DNA of 42,314 bases from a virus (lineage: Duplodnaviria; Caudoviricetes), in IMG/VR virus record IMGVR_UViG_3300032327_000597, positions 1 through 42,314 of that record. One strand, written 5' to 3'. The notes below the pieces were generated by a model. It was not told where the DNA came from and searched no databases. It saw only the letters and a program-made list of their open reading frames with translations. Shown piece after piece: positions 1 to 11,273 of this stretch (position 1 is its first letter; each line of letters begins with the position of its first letter). A program made the translations under genes and the position numbers.

Positions 1-2
1 AC

Positions 3-434
3 CTTAACTCCACCTAATGTGGTATTGCTAGCTGTTGGTAATGTGTAAGGTGTTGGGATATTAACAGAAATAGTGCCATCACCTGCTAGACTGATCCCAG
101 TACCAACCTTAACTCCACCTAATATGGTATTGCTAGCTGTTGGTAGGGTATAGGTATATGTAACAGCATCTGCAGAAATAATACCATTGGCAATAGTAAT
201 TCCAGTACCAACCTTAACTCCACCTAGTACAGAGGAACTTGCTACCGGCAATATATAGGGATTGTCTGTTGCGGCAGCCGCTATTTGGACAGCACTAATT
301 TCTTGTGCTGCGGTATCAAGTGCCAACGCAATCTGAGCAAAATTATCTCTAAATCCTTGACTAGGATTATCTTGTCCTTGTACAGGAAAGTTTGTGTTTA
401 TATTTTGTGTGTAGTTGCTAACGTTGCTGGTCAT
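3..434 (-). CDS. Virion fibre protein, N-terminal part (continues beyond window start)
   Basis: Not in the ORF track; translated by hand from ATG at 434: MTSNVSNYTQNINTNFPVQGQDNPSQGFRDNF..., followed by three LP(T/V)ASxxxLGGVK repeats typical of phage head/tail fibres. A TAAATA motif lies upstream. Confidence 0.8.
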   Translation of the reverse strand, partial: MTSNVSNYTQNINTNFPVQGQDNPSQGFRDNFAQIALALDTAAQEISAVQIAAAATDNPYILPVASSSVLGGVKVGTGITIANGIISADAVTYTYTLPTASNTILGGVKVGTGISLAGDGTISVNIPTPYTLPTASNTTLGGVK

Positions 435-460
435 AATTGGGTTACCTTGGATATGAATAT

Positions 461-3406
461 TTATTGCTTGGATGTTGGATATGCCAACCACCCTGTTTGT
501 TCTGTATCTCGTGTTGTTTCTATAACAACTCTGTCGGTGTCAAAATCAAATTGTTTAAAGTCAAATGCACCTGTGCTAAGTGCATTATTAATTCTAGAAA
601 GAATTTTAGTCCCCCCACCTGGTACTGTGTAACATATAGGAACTGCTTTGACAAATCCCAACGGCACTCCAGTATCAGCCTGTAAGGTAGTCATATACTT
701 GGGCTGTAGTCTTTCATTAACTGAAATTATAGAATCAGTTAGCTGTATTGTTTGTAATCTGTGTTGCATACCAGCAACTGTAGCTGGATAATAAGGATGT
801 CCGTCTACTGCAAAAGATCCGGCAGCAACACCACCACTCATTTGATCGTCTATAATATCAACATATATCAATTCGTAGATGTTCTTGCCTTTGTTGTCTT
901 GAGCCAGAATGCTCTTTACTTGACCAAAATAAAATCTCTTACGTGAAAAATACTGTTGCATAGCAGGAACATAATCGTCAATATTGATTTTTTCTATACC
1001 AGATTCTATGACCATTTTGATTGCTGGTTGTATTCCAAACTCTGGATCATCAGGCCTATAGATTAATGCTGAATCAAAAATTATAGGATCAGTGACAAAA
1101 TCTCTATATGCATTTCGTTTTTCTCTAGTTAAGAATGGCTTAACATACATCCTAGTATATTCAGTTAAGGCATCTTGATTAACCGTAATAGAGAATTCCT
1201 GTTCAACAGCACTTAGTCTATAGACATCGCTGGCTCTAACTGTAAAATACCATTTTTTGTCTATAGTGGTTGAGTTTTGATCAAAGGTAACTAGCGAATT
1301 TGTAGCAGTAAAATCAAAGTAAGTTTGACCACGATATTCAAGACGGCCTTGAATTGTGCCGTCGGTATTAAGAGATAGTCCGTCTGGTAGTTGACCTGAA
1401 ATTAAATCGTATTGAACAGCATAATCGGTGTTGGTATTAACTGCGGTCACGACCAATTCGCTTATTTCTCCTGGAGTCAACGACCCTAAAGAACTGGGAG
1501 TAACAAATTTAATAGAACTAGGAATTTCACCCAGAATGCTTAGTAGATAAATTTGACTAGAAGTTACAGTCTGTCCTAGATCTGCCCAATAAGGAGTGGC
1601 TCCACCAGTGAATACATATGCACGACTTGTACCGTCCATCAAAGGATATAGTGCGTCAACATCTACTGCGGGAGTTTTGCTTAGTAATATAACATCTCCT
1701 GCTCGACCAGTGTACGAACTGGCATATGGCAATCCGTCATCGCCTTCTGGTGGGTCAATATCAATTTCAGTAAAAGATATTACGCTTGATGATTTTACCT
1801 GACCTTTGTTAGGGTCAGTTAGTATAACCTGTGTAGGACTGCTGACGCTCGACACGTTGGTAGTACTGTCGGGTCCATACAATCCATCTGACCCTGTGAC
1901 AGTCATACCAGGAGTTATGCCATCGGTATTTGCTAGTGTAAGAATCGATGATCCAGTTGAACCAGTTGCTGATTGTCTAACTTTTGTCAGTGTTTTGTAA
2001 ATTTTTCCTACTATTCGCAATTCATTGCCGCCGGTAGCGTTGAATAAAGTTGTCTTTCCTGTACTCTGATCAATCTTAACTGATTTAACAGTGAATCTAT
2101 AATTGCTACTATACGCAGGTTGATAGGCCAGCTTGCCGTATAGATTTCCAGTCATTGGATCTAAGTTCATACCGGGCGGATGTCGACTCTCAGTTCCGGC
2201 ATAAAATATTCTTGAATCAGGAATCTGTTGAGCTAATGGTTGATTAATATTGATAATACCGCTGGTCTCAGTTAATTTAATAACACCGGTGATTGTGTAG
2301 GTAGTAGAATCAGTATTGGGAATATATTCATTAAGTCGTATCTGCATTCCTTTTACAGGAAATACAGTTGCGTTTTTAAAATAGATTGCGTTTTGTCCTT
2401 TTAGATTCTTTGATGGTAAGCCAGCTGGATTAACACGTCCGTCAGTTACTAATTTTATATCTGGATTAACTGCCAGTGTGCTCCAGTCAAATACTGTTGG
2501 ACCATCTTCTGGGTACGGATCAAAGTCATAAATTGTAAGAATCTGTTGACGACCTGCTCTAAATGAACCCAGGTTACTGACCGCAGGCAGTTTGTCACCA
2601 TATTTACTTTGCCATATTGGTGCTAATAGGTAACCAGCACTGGCATCAAATATCACGCTGTCAATTTGAATAAACGAAGTATCGGCTCTTAGGGTATCTG
2701 GATTGATCACTTCAATATTAAATTGTCGTCTTGAACTAACGACACCATCGGTCACAGTAACATAAAATTGATATATTTTTTTTATGTTTTGTGGTCGTGC
2801 TGTGTCAACTACGTTAACATCCATAGTACCGTATTCATACGGATAGCGATCATATGGGTCAAGGTCGTATCCTCCGTTAAGACTAGCATCGACATCAATA
2901 ACTAAACTATCTTTTATATAGCCAAGAAGTTTGCCATCTTGAGTTAGAGTTAATCCGGGAGGAAGATTGCCGTCGTTGTCGCCGATAAAATATTTTAGTT
3001 TCTTGCCAGTTGCCAGTATGTCGGTTTCTGCCCTAAATGAGTAGTCAACATACTCACGGTTAATGGCATAATATTCACCATTTAATCCCACCGGCAATGA
3101 TCCAACGGGTGTAACCCAAAGCGGTTCAGTAGGTCCAGTGGTGGTAAATGTAAATGTACGATCAGCAAGTCCAGCGTTATTTTGTGCTCTAACAACAAAT
3201 TTTGAATTGACATCTAATGATACTGAAACAGGAGTTCCTAATATAACTCCAGTGGAGGTATTAAGATACAGGCCAGAAGGCAGTTGCCCACTGATAATGG
3301 AATAGATAATGTTTGTTCCAGTGGCAATTACTGGAATAGAAACGGTTCTTCTTTCAGTTAGGGTTCCTAAAAACCCTGCTGAAGTAATCCAGACTGGAGC
3401 AGTCAT
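461..3406 (-). CDS. Virion structural protein (baseplate-associated) with putative Ig-like repeats
   Basis: 981 aa. Repeated G.LP.GL.L...G.I.G.P motifs resemble He_PIG/Ig domains; located in the structural block and overlaps the upstream gene's stop by 1 nt. Confidence 0.7.
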   Translation of the reverse strand: MTAPVWITSAGFLGTLTERRTVSIPVIATGTNIIYSIISGQLPSGLYLNTSTGVILGTPVSVSLDVNSKFVVRAQNNAGLADRTFTFTTTGPTEPLWVTPVGSLPVGLNGEYYAINREYVDYSFRAETDILATGKKLKYFIGDNDGNLPPGLTLTQDGKLLGYIKDSLVIDVDASLNGGYDLDPYDRYPYEYGTMDVNVVDTARPQNIKKIYQFYVTVTDGVVSSRRQFNIEVINPDTLRADTSFIQIDSVIFDASAGYLLAPIWQSKYGDKLPAVSNLGSFRAGRQQILTIYDFDPYPEDGPTVFDWSTLAVNPDIKLVTDGRVNPAGLPSKNLKGQNAIYFKNATVFPVKGMQIRLNEYIPNTDSTTYTITGVIKLTETSGIININQPLAQQIPDSRIFYAGTESRHPPGMNLDPMTGNLYGKLAYQPAYSSNYRFTVKSVKIDQSTGKTTLFNATGGNELRIVGKIYKTLTKVRQSATGSTGSSILTLANTDGITPGMTVTGSDGLYGPDSTTNVSSVSSPTQVILTDPNKGQVKSSSVISFTEIDIDPPEGDDGLPYASSYTGRAGDVILLSKTPAVDVDALYPLMDGTSRAYVFTGGATPYWADLGQTVTSSQIYLLSILGEIPSSIKFVTPSSLGSLTPGEISELVVTAVNTNTDYAVQYDLISGQLPDGLSLNTDGTIQGRLEYRGQTYFDFTATNSLVTFDQNSTTIDKKWYFTVRASDVYRLSAVEQEFSITVNQDALTEYTRMYVKPFLTREKRNAYRDFVTDPIIFDSALIYRPDDPEFGIQPAIKMVIESGIEKINIDDYVPAMQQYFSRKRFYFGQVKSILAQDNKGKNIYELIYVDIIDDQMSGGVAAGSFAVDGHPYYPATVAGMQHRLQTIQLTDSIISVNERLQPKYMTTLQADTGVPLGFVKAVPICYTVPGGGTKILSRINNALSTGAFDFKQFDFDTDRVVIETTRDTEQTGWLAYPTSKQ

Positions 3407-6400
3407 TAGTTTCTTCCTATTGCTACTTCAATAATACCACCTTCTTCAAACGCTTTATCCTCAAGTGCTTTGCCTATGATGGTTCCAACTTGTGGATTAA
3501 CAGCATGGCAAGCATACCCTGGAATTGTAGATGTTGTTAATAAGTCACCTTTCTTAATAGTGCCAACTACCTTAACAGGCACTCGCCCTTGAAGTGCGAT
3601 GCATGCTCGAGTGCCTTTCTGTGCGGCATTTAAAGTGTATGCCGGATTAGTGGTAACTGGACCAGCTACCCTTGTGTCGTTAATTTTAGCAGTAGTTGTA
3701 AGTTCTCGATCCCCACCAAACACCAACACTGTGCCGGGCTCATATTCGGTGTCTGCTGAGTACCACTCTGCCAAGTCAGCGTAGGTTGCTTGGAATGTTG
3801 CACCAGGATCGAGAGTCCAGTTGCCAGTAACAGTACTACCACCGACAGCAGCTGCCAATGTATTAAGTGTGGTTGTTCCTCGAATTAAATTTGTACCGCT
3901 AGCGTTGCCTATGTTTAGTGTAGCGGCTGCACCAAATGCGTTAACAGTTGTTGCTACTGAGTTAAACAAGTCCTGTGAAGGCTGAGTACCTACTACAATT
4001 GGATTACCTACTGTCAATGTACCTAAAGTTCCACCAAGCCTTACTGTAGTAGCCGCACTACCTATGTTCAATGTTGTTGCTACTGAGTTAAACAAGTCCT
4101 GTGAAAGCTGAGTACCTACTACAATTGGATTACCTACTGTCAATGTACCTGAAGTTCCACCAAGCCTTACTGTAGTAGCCGCATTACCTAGATTTAACGT
4201 AGTCGCATCTGTACTTCCTATGTTCAATGTTGTTACTGTAGAAGTAAAGATTTCAGCAGTAGTTTGATTTGTTGAAATTCTAGCAAGTGTGTTGAGAACT
4301 AGTCCACCGTCTACTGTCGCAGTGCTTGAGATAAACAAGTTTTGCCATCTTCTAGCACTTGTACCTAAACGCTGTACTCCATCCTCGTTGGGTATTAGAT
4401 CTCCTGCAAATGACCAAGCAGTTGCCTCATTACCTAACCAAGTCTTAATTGAAGAACTTGACACATAAGTAGCTGACGTAGCTGCCGCTGTATTTGTAGC
4501 ACCCAATAGGCCGCCACCTGCTGGAATATAGGCCATCTTCTCAGTCTTAATGCCGTTGGCAATAGAAGTAGCAGTACGTAAACTGACCCAACCATTATTA
4601 GCGGTAAACATCACATTGTCAAACTGTGCAGAACCTAAACTGGTCTGTATTTGACGTTGTGTACCTATTGGAGGACTTGCGCTGGTTGTAGCAGCGGTTA
4701 AGAATAATTTGCTTTGAGCGATCTGTGCATCATCGTTTACTTGATAGTCAGTGATAGGATTATTAGATCCTTGTCCGCCTACCAGTTTAAATGTTGCTAG
4801 TCCAGTTGATCTATCAACAGTAATATCGCTACCACCACCTAGGCTTGTAGGAGTGTTGACAATGGTTGCTGTGTTGTTAGAAACATTAACTACCTGTCTT
4901 GTCGACTCATATATTGGCGGATTAGTTGTTGTATTAACTGGAATCACAGTACTGTTAAACATTAAGAAATCTTTGTCTTCAGTAGCAGTCAACGCTACAT
5001 CAACTAATTTACTTAATTGTTTATTTTTATCTACATATCGTTTTGTTGATGCTTGTACAACTGGATCAAAGCTGATCACAGTACCAGGTTCTATTGCGCT
5101 GGTTATTGCTGTCGACAATCCCAAGGATACTGAAACTTGACCAATTGCACTTACAATAGTACCAGCTGGAATTCCAGCACCGTTAGCCTGGTGTTGGAAA
5201 AAATCACCCTGTTCATATGTGTCTGAACTCAACGACTCAAAGAATAATTCTGTAGCGCCAATTGTAGCAGTTGTAGCTACAACAGCAGTTTTAACTTCAG
5301 GATCGCGATACAACTGTAGACTACCGGTCATGTTACCAAACTGTGGACGTCTTGTAATACCGTTTACGTCAACAGCCGCAGTACCATCGTTGGCTATCTT
5401 TGTATCTACATAGTCCTTGTTGGCAGCATCACTAGCACCGTCGCCGCCTGCTCTTGGTGTGCTGACATTATAAATTATATTCTCGCCCATGTTCAATGGA
5501 CCAGTCATAACTAATGATCCATCTCTGGCCACAAACTGTGGACCTAATGGTGAACCTTGATAAATGGCGCCGTTGCGGTCAAGACCCAGTCGACGATTAA
5601 TATAGTTAACTACGGCCTGTTCAGTTGGAACTTTATAATCAGCTTCGGTGATCATTGTGTTGTCAATTGAGAACTCGTTGATAGGAGGCCCCAAGTCACG
5701 ACGTAGACTAATAGCACTTAGATTACTTAGATCTAATGGAACACTAATACTTACTGATCCCTGTGCTTGGTTAACAGTTAGGGCCTTACCAACACGGAAG
5801 TTACCGTCTTGGTCAGTGCTCATGTAATAAACACGGCCTTTGTTAATCTCAGTGATCTCTTGACTTTGACTAATTGCCAATAAAGGAGGTCCGTATAGAT
5901 CGTTTGGATATCTAGAAGTAGCGTATCCACCAGTACCAATGTTTAAGAAGTCATGCCCAGTAGCTCGCATGGTAGAGATCTTAGAAGTAACCTCACCGCC
6001 TGAACTAACTTGAACACCTGCTCGCAGCACAGTACCCTTGGCCATCGAACGAACTAGAGGACGATCGAGATCGATTTCAGCCCAGGATTGACCTAGATCA
6101 GTCGGTGATCGATAGGCAGTTATTTTGTATACTTGTGTATCATGAGCAAACTGATAATAACGTGGGGGATTTCGAACTAATCCTGCTTGGATTCTATTTT
6201 CACTAGTGATGTCCAGCGTTGAAATTTTAACAGTTCTAGAACCAATAACACCAGCAATGTCCACAGGAGACTTAACACGTGCATCTACTCCAGCACCGGT
6301 AATAAAAATATTAGTGGTTGTGCTGTTCCAACCAATGCCGCCCTCGTCAATAATGATGTCAGTAACTGTTCCAGAATTAACAATGGCCCTTGCTATCGGA

Positions 6401-9400
6401 GGTGTGGCTGTAAATGTTAACGCAACTTGGTCAGCTATAAATCCAGCAGTTGGTAAGTTAAGCGCAATTTTATTTGTGGTAGTATTAACATAGGTAACAA
6501 CAGTATCTGGTAAAATAGACGCACCAGTTACAAGGTGCCCTACTAAAATACCAGCAGTACTGGTCATATTTAATATCTGAATACCGATAGTACCAACACC
6601 TTGTTCACCATTTACTGTTCTTGTAATACCTGATACTAAATTAGCGGTGGCAATTGTTATAGTTGTATCGTTGCTCGAATACTCAGACCCGCCAAATATC
6701 AGTGTAGGAGTAACTACACCTTGATCTCTTGCTTGGAATGTAATATAGTTGTAATCATCAAGAGTATAAATCAACACAGAACCGTCTGGTTGTACTGTTG
6801 AGAATCCAGTGATGGGATAAATTTGAGTTGTATCGTCATCCATTACCAACGAAGTACTTGGTCTGCCGATGGTGGAAGGATCTAATCCAGTAAATCTAAA
6901 CAGTGTCTCAGATCTAATGATAACCGGAGCACCGTTTGGAACATCAGTTAATAGACCGGTGCCTTCAGAAGTTGTTGCAATATTGCCAGCATTAAAGAAC
7001 AACTGATAGGTATTGGTAATTAACTGATTTTGAGAATTTAATGCCGGTGCTGCTGAGCCAACACTGTAGTTTCTAATAATACCGTCGTGATTGATTTCAA
7101 CCTGGCTACCGTTAAGCGGAGGATATCCACCGTTGAGAGGATCAATTGTTACATAAATGTACGCCTGATCTGCTTGCGCAGGGAATAGTGGATTGTTTAC
7201 ATATGCGGTGGCCACTTGAACCAATGGTGATGATAATGTTACCTTAGTCGGCACTTCGTTGGGATCCGAACCTTCAGCAGTTAACGCATATATACCATAG
7301 CCGCATGATCCAGTTGTTGAACGAATCTGCGCACCATTACATGAATAATAAGCACGATAGCAATAGTATGTAAACATAGATACATCTTCTGCCAAGCCAC
7401 CGTTGGTACATAGAATACCATAACCTAGATCGTTGACCTGTGTGTAGTCATTGGCCAACATTGATCGATTACCCGCAGTGATCAATTCAATTGGAGTAGG
7501 CTCACCGTTTTCGTCAAGTTCAACACTACCAATGAAACCAGATACAGATGCTGGAACACCGATAGATAAATTGCCAAACTCTACTAGGTAGTCGGTGTTT
7601 AGTGGATCCCAGTTGGTCCCGCCTCCAGTAATACTAAATGCAGTAATTGCACCATTCTCATCTACCGCAGTAACAATACCAGTTGCTGCAGTTGTTGTTG
7701 CCTGATACTGTGGACTAAATTTAATTAGGGTTCCTACAGCATATCCAGCACCACCAGTGACAAGACTGGCGTTGGTAACAACTCCGTTGAAAATTGTTAG
7801 ATTATTGATAATCGCTCCACCTACAGTGATCTGTGGTGTTTCAATATAACCAGTGCCTGGAAAATCTATAACAATATCTGTAATCTTGCCCGATGAGTCG
7901 CTCACGGCATAGCCGGTGGCAACAACTCCGCCTACTCCTGTTGGTTGCTGAATAGTGATAGGAATATAGTTTGTTGAGGTACTAAATCCACCAACTGTGT
8001 CATTTACTTCAACAGTGTTAGGAATACCACCCGGCACTAGAGGATTTAGATATAATGTTGCAGTATATGTTCCTGGAGCATCAGGATCGGGTTGATAGTC
8101 GGCAAAGAAACTAACTTCGTACCGAACACCTTTAATGTTAAAGAACGTAGGAACTTGGGGACGACGAACTAGTCCTTTAACAGGAAGTTGTACTGGATTA
8201 GTAAATGTTGTTGTAAGCGGACGAGCTAACACATTACCTGCGAATCCGTCAACAAACATACCACCAGCAAATCTTTGTTTAGCAATACTCTGTGAAAATG
8301 ACGAAGCAGTCTGACAGTATGGTGATTTGTTTTTAATCTGTCCATCTGGATCTAGCACCATCATAAACCCACCGTGCCCTTGACAGCTAACATAACGAAT
8401 TACGTTGGCATCATTACATAAGAACACATCCATGTCAGCATTGTTCTTTGGCGGATTATAAGCTGGATCATTGTTAATAATTTTAGAACATGCTTGAATC
8501 AAGTCAGCAATTACTATACCTGCTGTTGGTTCAACAGGGTTAGCATTGATAAGATCTTGTAGTGAGAATCCAAGATGTTCAACGGCTGCTACTGTTTCTA
8601 CTTGTTGCCCAGGAGCAACAACGTAAGCATCCCCTGCATTGATTGTTTTGTTCCAACTACCGTAGGTTATATCATATATTAATCCGTCAATGACAATACC
8701 GATATCGCGAGAATACTTGGCTTGATCGTATACAAGACCTGGATATTCGCTATTTAAAAATGATATGACTTCTGCTTGTAAACCTGCACGATTATCTTTT
8801 ATCAGCGCCGCAGCATTTACTAAACCACCCGGATTGGCCTGTTCAATAAAGACATTTATTGGACGACTAGCATCACGCAAATAATGATAACCATAATTAA
8901 ATGGTCGATAAATGTACCAATCCCCTGCTGCAATCTCATTAACGTTAATCAATGGAGTTCCAAGATTAACAGTAAAGCCAGCTTCGGATGATGATACAAT
9001 AACACCCTGTCCGCCATTACCGACAAACATGTATCCAAGACGTGCTTCGGGGAAGGAGCCTTGCGACAGTGAAAAGGTTGCATAGCCACTTGAACCACTT
9101 GGCAGTACAGCTGAGCCATTAAGTGTACCAGCTGATGCATAGTTAGTGGTGGTATCTAATGCAACAGTTTGTAGACCATCAATCTGAGCGTCTCTACGGA
9201 AATATGTATTTGCCCAAGGACTGCTACTAATACCTCTAGTTGGGCGAATAATAACACGGCGGAATTCATCACCGCGTATGGATGTGTTATTTGGTAATTT
9301 GATCGGATGTTGCTCATTGTACTCGCCAGACTCCATCATAAACGAAATCTGTAAAGCACTTACGTTGGTATTATATACAACAGTCTCACCAGGAATGAAA

Positions 9401-10917
9401 TCTCCACTGTAGACATGCCAGTCATCGGCCAGAAACGTTTGGCCAGGAGGAGGAGCCGATCCAGGCTCAAATTCCACAATAAATGATCCGTAATATACTC
9501 CACGACTATCAATCTCTGATGTAGCACTAACGATAATACCGTTGGGCACACCCGAGTCGGTATAAAATTCGTATCCAATCCAAAACTCTGGAATCGGAAC
9601 CATCTTATCTTGATCAAATGTCATCTTAACCCGATTTGGGAAGTTGATAACATCAGGAATTGATGTGGTAATATCAGTTGCAAAGTCGTCACCGTAGTCA
9701 ATATACTCGATAGTATATCTTTCTACATCACCGGGACTGTCTGCCTTGGTAATTTGTTGAATTAATCCAATAGCAAAACTGTCAACACCTTGAACATATT
9801 GTCCGGGAAATATGGTATAACGGCCAGTCTCAACAGTGCCAATTTGATCAGATCCCTGTAGGCCAACATCTAAATCTAAAAATACTAGATTGTTTGCATC
9901 ACGTGCACCGACTGCTGCAACTGTTGCGGCAGTGCCATTGTCATAGGTAATAAGTCTAGCATAATCACCCACTTGAATCTGACTGGTAGCGATTAATGCT
10001 TCAGCGTACTGCGCCGCTTCGTTTAGGCTGCGGAAGGCATGTGCCCAAGAACGGCCACGACGTTCGGCAGGAACATCAGGTTGATAATCTCTACCCTTTG
10101 TGGTGATGAACAAATTGTTGCTACTAAAGAAATCGTTACTGTCAACATACTTCTTAGTGGCAGCAATCATACCTTCATAGTCAATATCGTCTGATGTGAT
10201 TGGATCTCTTGATAGGATCAATGGACCAGTCATTACTCCAGAGCTGGTATTAACAGATCCAGTTGCTGGATCAATGGTATCCACACCAGCTAGAGATATT
10301 TTTCTATCGGCATACTCTTTGTTTACCAAATGAGTGGATGTGGTTGCTGTAGTTAATAAATGAATATTGGTGCGTAGGGTACTACCTGTAGTTACACTTG
10401 TAAATGTACTGGTATTTGTTTCTGTGCCAGAGCGATAGGTGCCGTCACGGTTGAGGAAGTTATCATATAGAAATTTGCGAGTTACTAGATCTTGGTCAGC
10501 AATTGGATCAGCAAATTTCACAGCTCTAAAAGTGCTTGTACCGCTTAGATTGGCCGAAAGAAACGGAGCAGGGTCAGTAGCCAAACTACTGGTAGTGTTG
10601 TTAATAGTCCACTTGCCAGCCGCATAGTTGTAATCTATTCCAATGCCTTGGCCGCCAACTAGACTAACTTGGGTTAGCGTTACGTTTGTAGGGTCGCTTA
10701 GATCTGTATCTGGAACAGTTACAATGATCTGCTGACCATTTAGTTGCTGAGGAGCATCGGCTAATTCAGTAAATCTAAGGCCATTATCTAATCCAGCAGC
10801 ATCAAAAAGTACTTGAAAGTTTTCATTAGTCTTTCTAAATGCATCTCTAATGCTGTCTCCGGTACCGTCGTTTGACTGAATACCAATATTAATGTTCTGT
10901 TTATTTCCAGTGGCCAT
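3406..10917 (-). CDS. Giant baseplate/tail-fibre protein (2503 aa) with gp9/gp10-like N-terminus and C-terminal intramolecular chaperone domain
   Basis: Start moved to ATG 10917 (AGGAG RBS upstream). N-terminus KQNINIGIQSNDGTGDSIRDAFRKTNENF resembles T4 gp9/gp10. C-terminus ADLAEWY...GRVPVKVVG.IKKGDLL resembles the Peptidase_G2/IMC autoprocessing domain. Confidence 0.75.
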   Translation of the reverse strand: MATGNKQNINIGIQSNDGTGDSIRDAFRKTNENFQVLFDAAGLDNGLRFTELADAPQQLNGQQIIVTVPDTDLSDPTNVTLTQVSLVGGQGIGIDYNYAAGKWTINNTTSSLATDPAPFLSANLSGTSTFRAVKFADPIADQDLVTRKFLYDNFLNRDGTYRSGTETNTSTFTSVTTGSTLRTNIHLLTTATTSTHLVNKEYADRKISLAGVDTIDPATGSVNTSSGVMTGPLILSRDPITSDDIDYEGMIAATKKYVDSNDFFSSNNLFITTKGRDYQPDVPAERRGRSWAHAFRSLNEAAQYAEALIATSQIQVGDYARLITYDNGTAATVAAVGARDANNLVFLDLDVGLQGSDQIGTVETGRYTIFPGQYVQGVDSFAIGLIQQITKADSPGDVERYTIEYIDYGDDFATDITTSIPDVINFPNRVKMTFDQDKMVPIPEFWIGYEFYTDSGVPNGIIVSATSEIDSRGVYYGSFIVEFEPGSAPPPGQTFLADDWHVYSGDFIPGETVVYNTNVSALQISFMMESGEYNEQHPIKLPNNTSIRGDEFRRVIIRPTRGISSSPWANTYFRRDAQIDGLQTVALDTTTNYASAGTLNGSAVLPSGSSGYATFSLSQGSFPEARLGYMFVGNGGQGVIVSSSEAGFTVNLGTPLINVNEIAAGDWYIYRPFNYGYHYLRDASRPINVFIEQANPGGLVNAAALIKDNRAGLQAEVISFLNSEYPGLVYDQAKYSRDIGIVIDGLIYDITYGSWNKTINAGDAYVVAPGQQVETVAAVEHLGFSLQDLINANPVEPTAGIVIADLIQACSKIINNDPAYNPPKNNADMDVFLCNDANVIRYVSCQGHGGFMMVLDPDGQIKNKSPYCQTASSFSQSIAKQRFAGGMFVDGFAGNVLARPLTTTFTNPVQLPVKGLVRRPQVPTFFNIKGVRYEVSFFADYQPDPDAPGTYTATLYLNPLVPGGIPNTVEVNDTVGGFSTSTNYIPITIQQPTGVGGVVATGYAVSDSSGKITDIVIDFPGTGYIETPQITVGGAIINNLTIFNGVVTNASLVTGGAGYAVGTLIKFSPQYQATTTAATGIVTAVDENGAITAFSITGGGTNWDPLNTDYLVEFGNLSIGVPASVSGFIGSVELDENGEPTPIELITAGNRSMLANDYTQVNDLGYGILCTNGGLAEDVSMFTYYCYRAYYSCNGAQIRSTTGSCGYGIYALTAEGSDPNEVPTKVTLSSPLVQVATAYVNNPLFPAQADQAYIYVTIDPLNGGYPPLNGSQVEINHDGIIRNYSVGSAAPALNSQNQLITNTYQLFFNAGNIATTSEGTGLLTDVPNGAPVIIRSETLFRFTGLDPSTIGRPSTSLVMDDDTTQIYPITGFSTVQPDGSVLIYTLDDYNYITFQARDQGVVTPTLIFGGSEYSSNDTTITIATANLVSGITRTVNGEQGVGTIGIQILNMTSTAGILVGHLVTGASILPDTVVTYVNTTTNKIALNLPTAGFIADQVALTFTATPPIARAIVNSGTVTDIIIDEGGIGWNSTTTNIFITGAGVDARVKSPVDIAGVIGSRTVKISTLDITSENRIQAGLVRNPPRYYQFAHDTQVYKITAYRSPTDLGQSWAEIDLDRPLVRSMAKGTVLRAGVQVSSGGEVTSKISTMRATGHDFLNIGTGGYATSRYPNDLYGPPLLAISQSQEITEINKGRVYYMSTDQDGNFRVGKALTVNQAQGSVSISVPLDLSNLSAISLRRDLGPPINEFSIDNTMITEADYKVPTEQAVVNYINRRLGLDRNGAIYQGSPLGPQFVARDGSLVMTGPLNMGENIIYNVSTPRAGGDGASDAANKDYVDTKIANDGTAAVDVNGITRRPQFGNMTGSLQLYRDPEVKTAVVATTATIGATELFFESLSSDTYEQGDFFQHQANGAGIPAGTIVSAIGQVSVSLGLSTAITSAIEPGTVISFDPVVQASTKRYVDKNKQLSKLVDVALTATEDKDFLMFNSTVIPVNTTTNPPIYESTRQVVNVSNNTATIVNTPTSLGGGSDITVDRSTGLATFKLVGGQGSNNPITDYQVNDDAQIAQSKLFLTAATTSASPPIGTQRQIQTSLGSAQFDNVMFTANNGWVSLRTATSIANGIKTEKMAYIPAGGGLLGATNTAAATSATYVSSSSIKTWLGNEATAWSFAGDLIPNEDGVQRLGTSARRWQNLFISSTATVDGGLVLNTLARISTNQTTAEIFTSTVTTLNIGSTDATTLNLGNAATTVRLGGTSGTLTVGNPIVVGTQLSQDLFNSVATTLNIGSAATTVRLGGTLGTLTVGNPIVVGTQPSQDLFNSVATTVNAFGAAATLNIGNASGTNLIRGTTTLNTLAAAVGGSTVTGNWTLDPGATFQATYADLAEWYSADTEYEPGTVLVFGGDRELTTTAKINDTRVAGPVTTNPAYTLNAAQKGTRACIALQGRVPVKVVGTIKKGDLLTTSTIPGYACHAVNPQVGTIIGKALEDKAFEEGGIIEVAIGRN
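3947..4198. repeat. 126-bp tandem duplication (42 aa) within the fibre gene
   Basis: gttgttgctactgagttaaac... starts at 3947 and again at 4073, with 3 mismatches over about 118 bp. Confidence 0.95.
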
Positions 10918-10985
10918 GGTAGCTCCTACGTAATGTCGCTTAGAGTATTTACCAAATAATTTTGTAATCATAATGTAAATACACT

Positions 10986-11273
10986 ATGCTGATTAAGTTA
11001 AAATCAATTGTAACTGCCTATTTTAGGCCAAGCAAGTTAGGGCAGCTGCATGAATATAAAAAGGTCAAGACTGTGGCTGTTCTCAGGTGTGACAACTGTA
11101 GAGAACTATTTGAACGTGATAAGTCCAAGATGGCACCTTCTCGACTTGGAAACAATCATTTTCATGTCTGTGGGAATTGTGATGCCAAACGCTTTGCTCA
11201 ACGCAAAGGTGTAGAACGCAGGACAATTTGGGATCGTCCTGCATCAAGTGCTGATGATATCAGTAAACTTTAA
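10986..11273 (+). CDS. Hypothetical protein with two CxxC motifs
   Basis: 95 aa containing CDNC and CGNC; TAAATA lies 4 nt upstream of the ATG. Confidence 0.75.
   Translation: MLIKLKSIVTAYFRPSKLGQLHEYKKVKTVAVLRCDNCRELFERDKSKMAPSRLGNNHFHVCGNCDAKRFAQRKGVERRTIWDRPASSADDISKL

Noticed and set aside
3947-4198. DGR template/variable repeat pair
   Set aside because: The copies are adjacent and in frame, the differences are not confined to adenines on one strand, and no reverse transcriptase is present in the window.
285-10627. Short plus-strand and nested ORFs in the ORF track (for example 285-632, 4751-5140, 6206-6493) and similar ones elsewhere
   Set aside because: They are antisense or out-of-frame shadows of long minus-strand genes, with no RBS or recognisable motifs.
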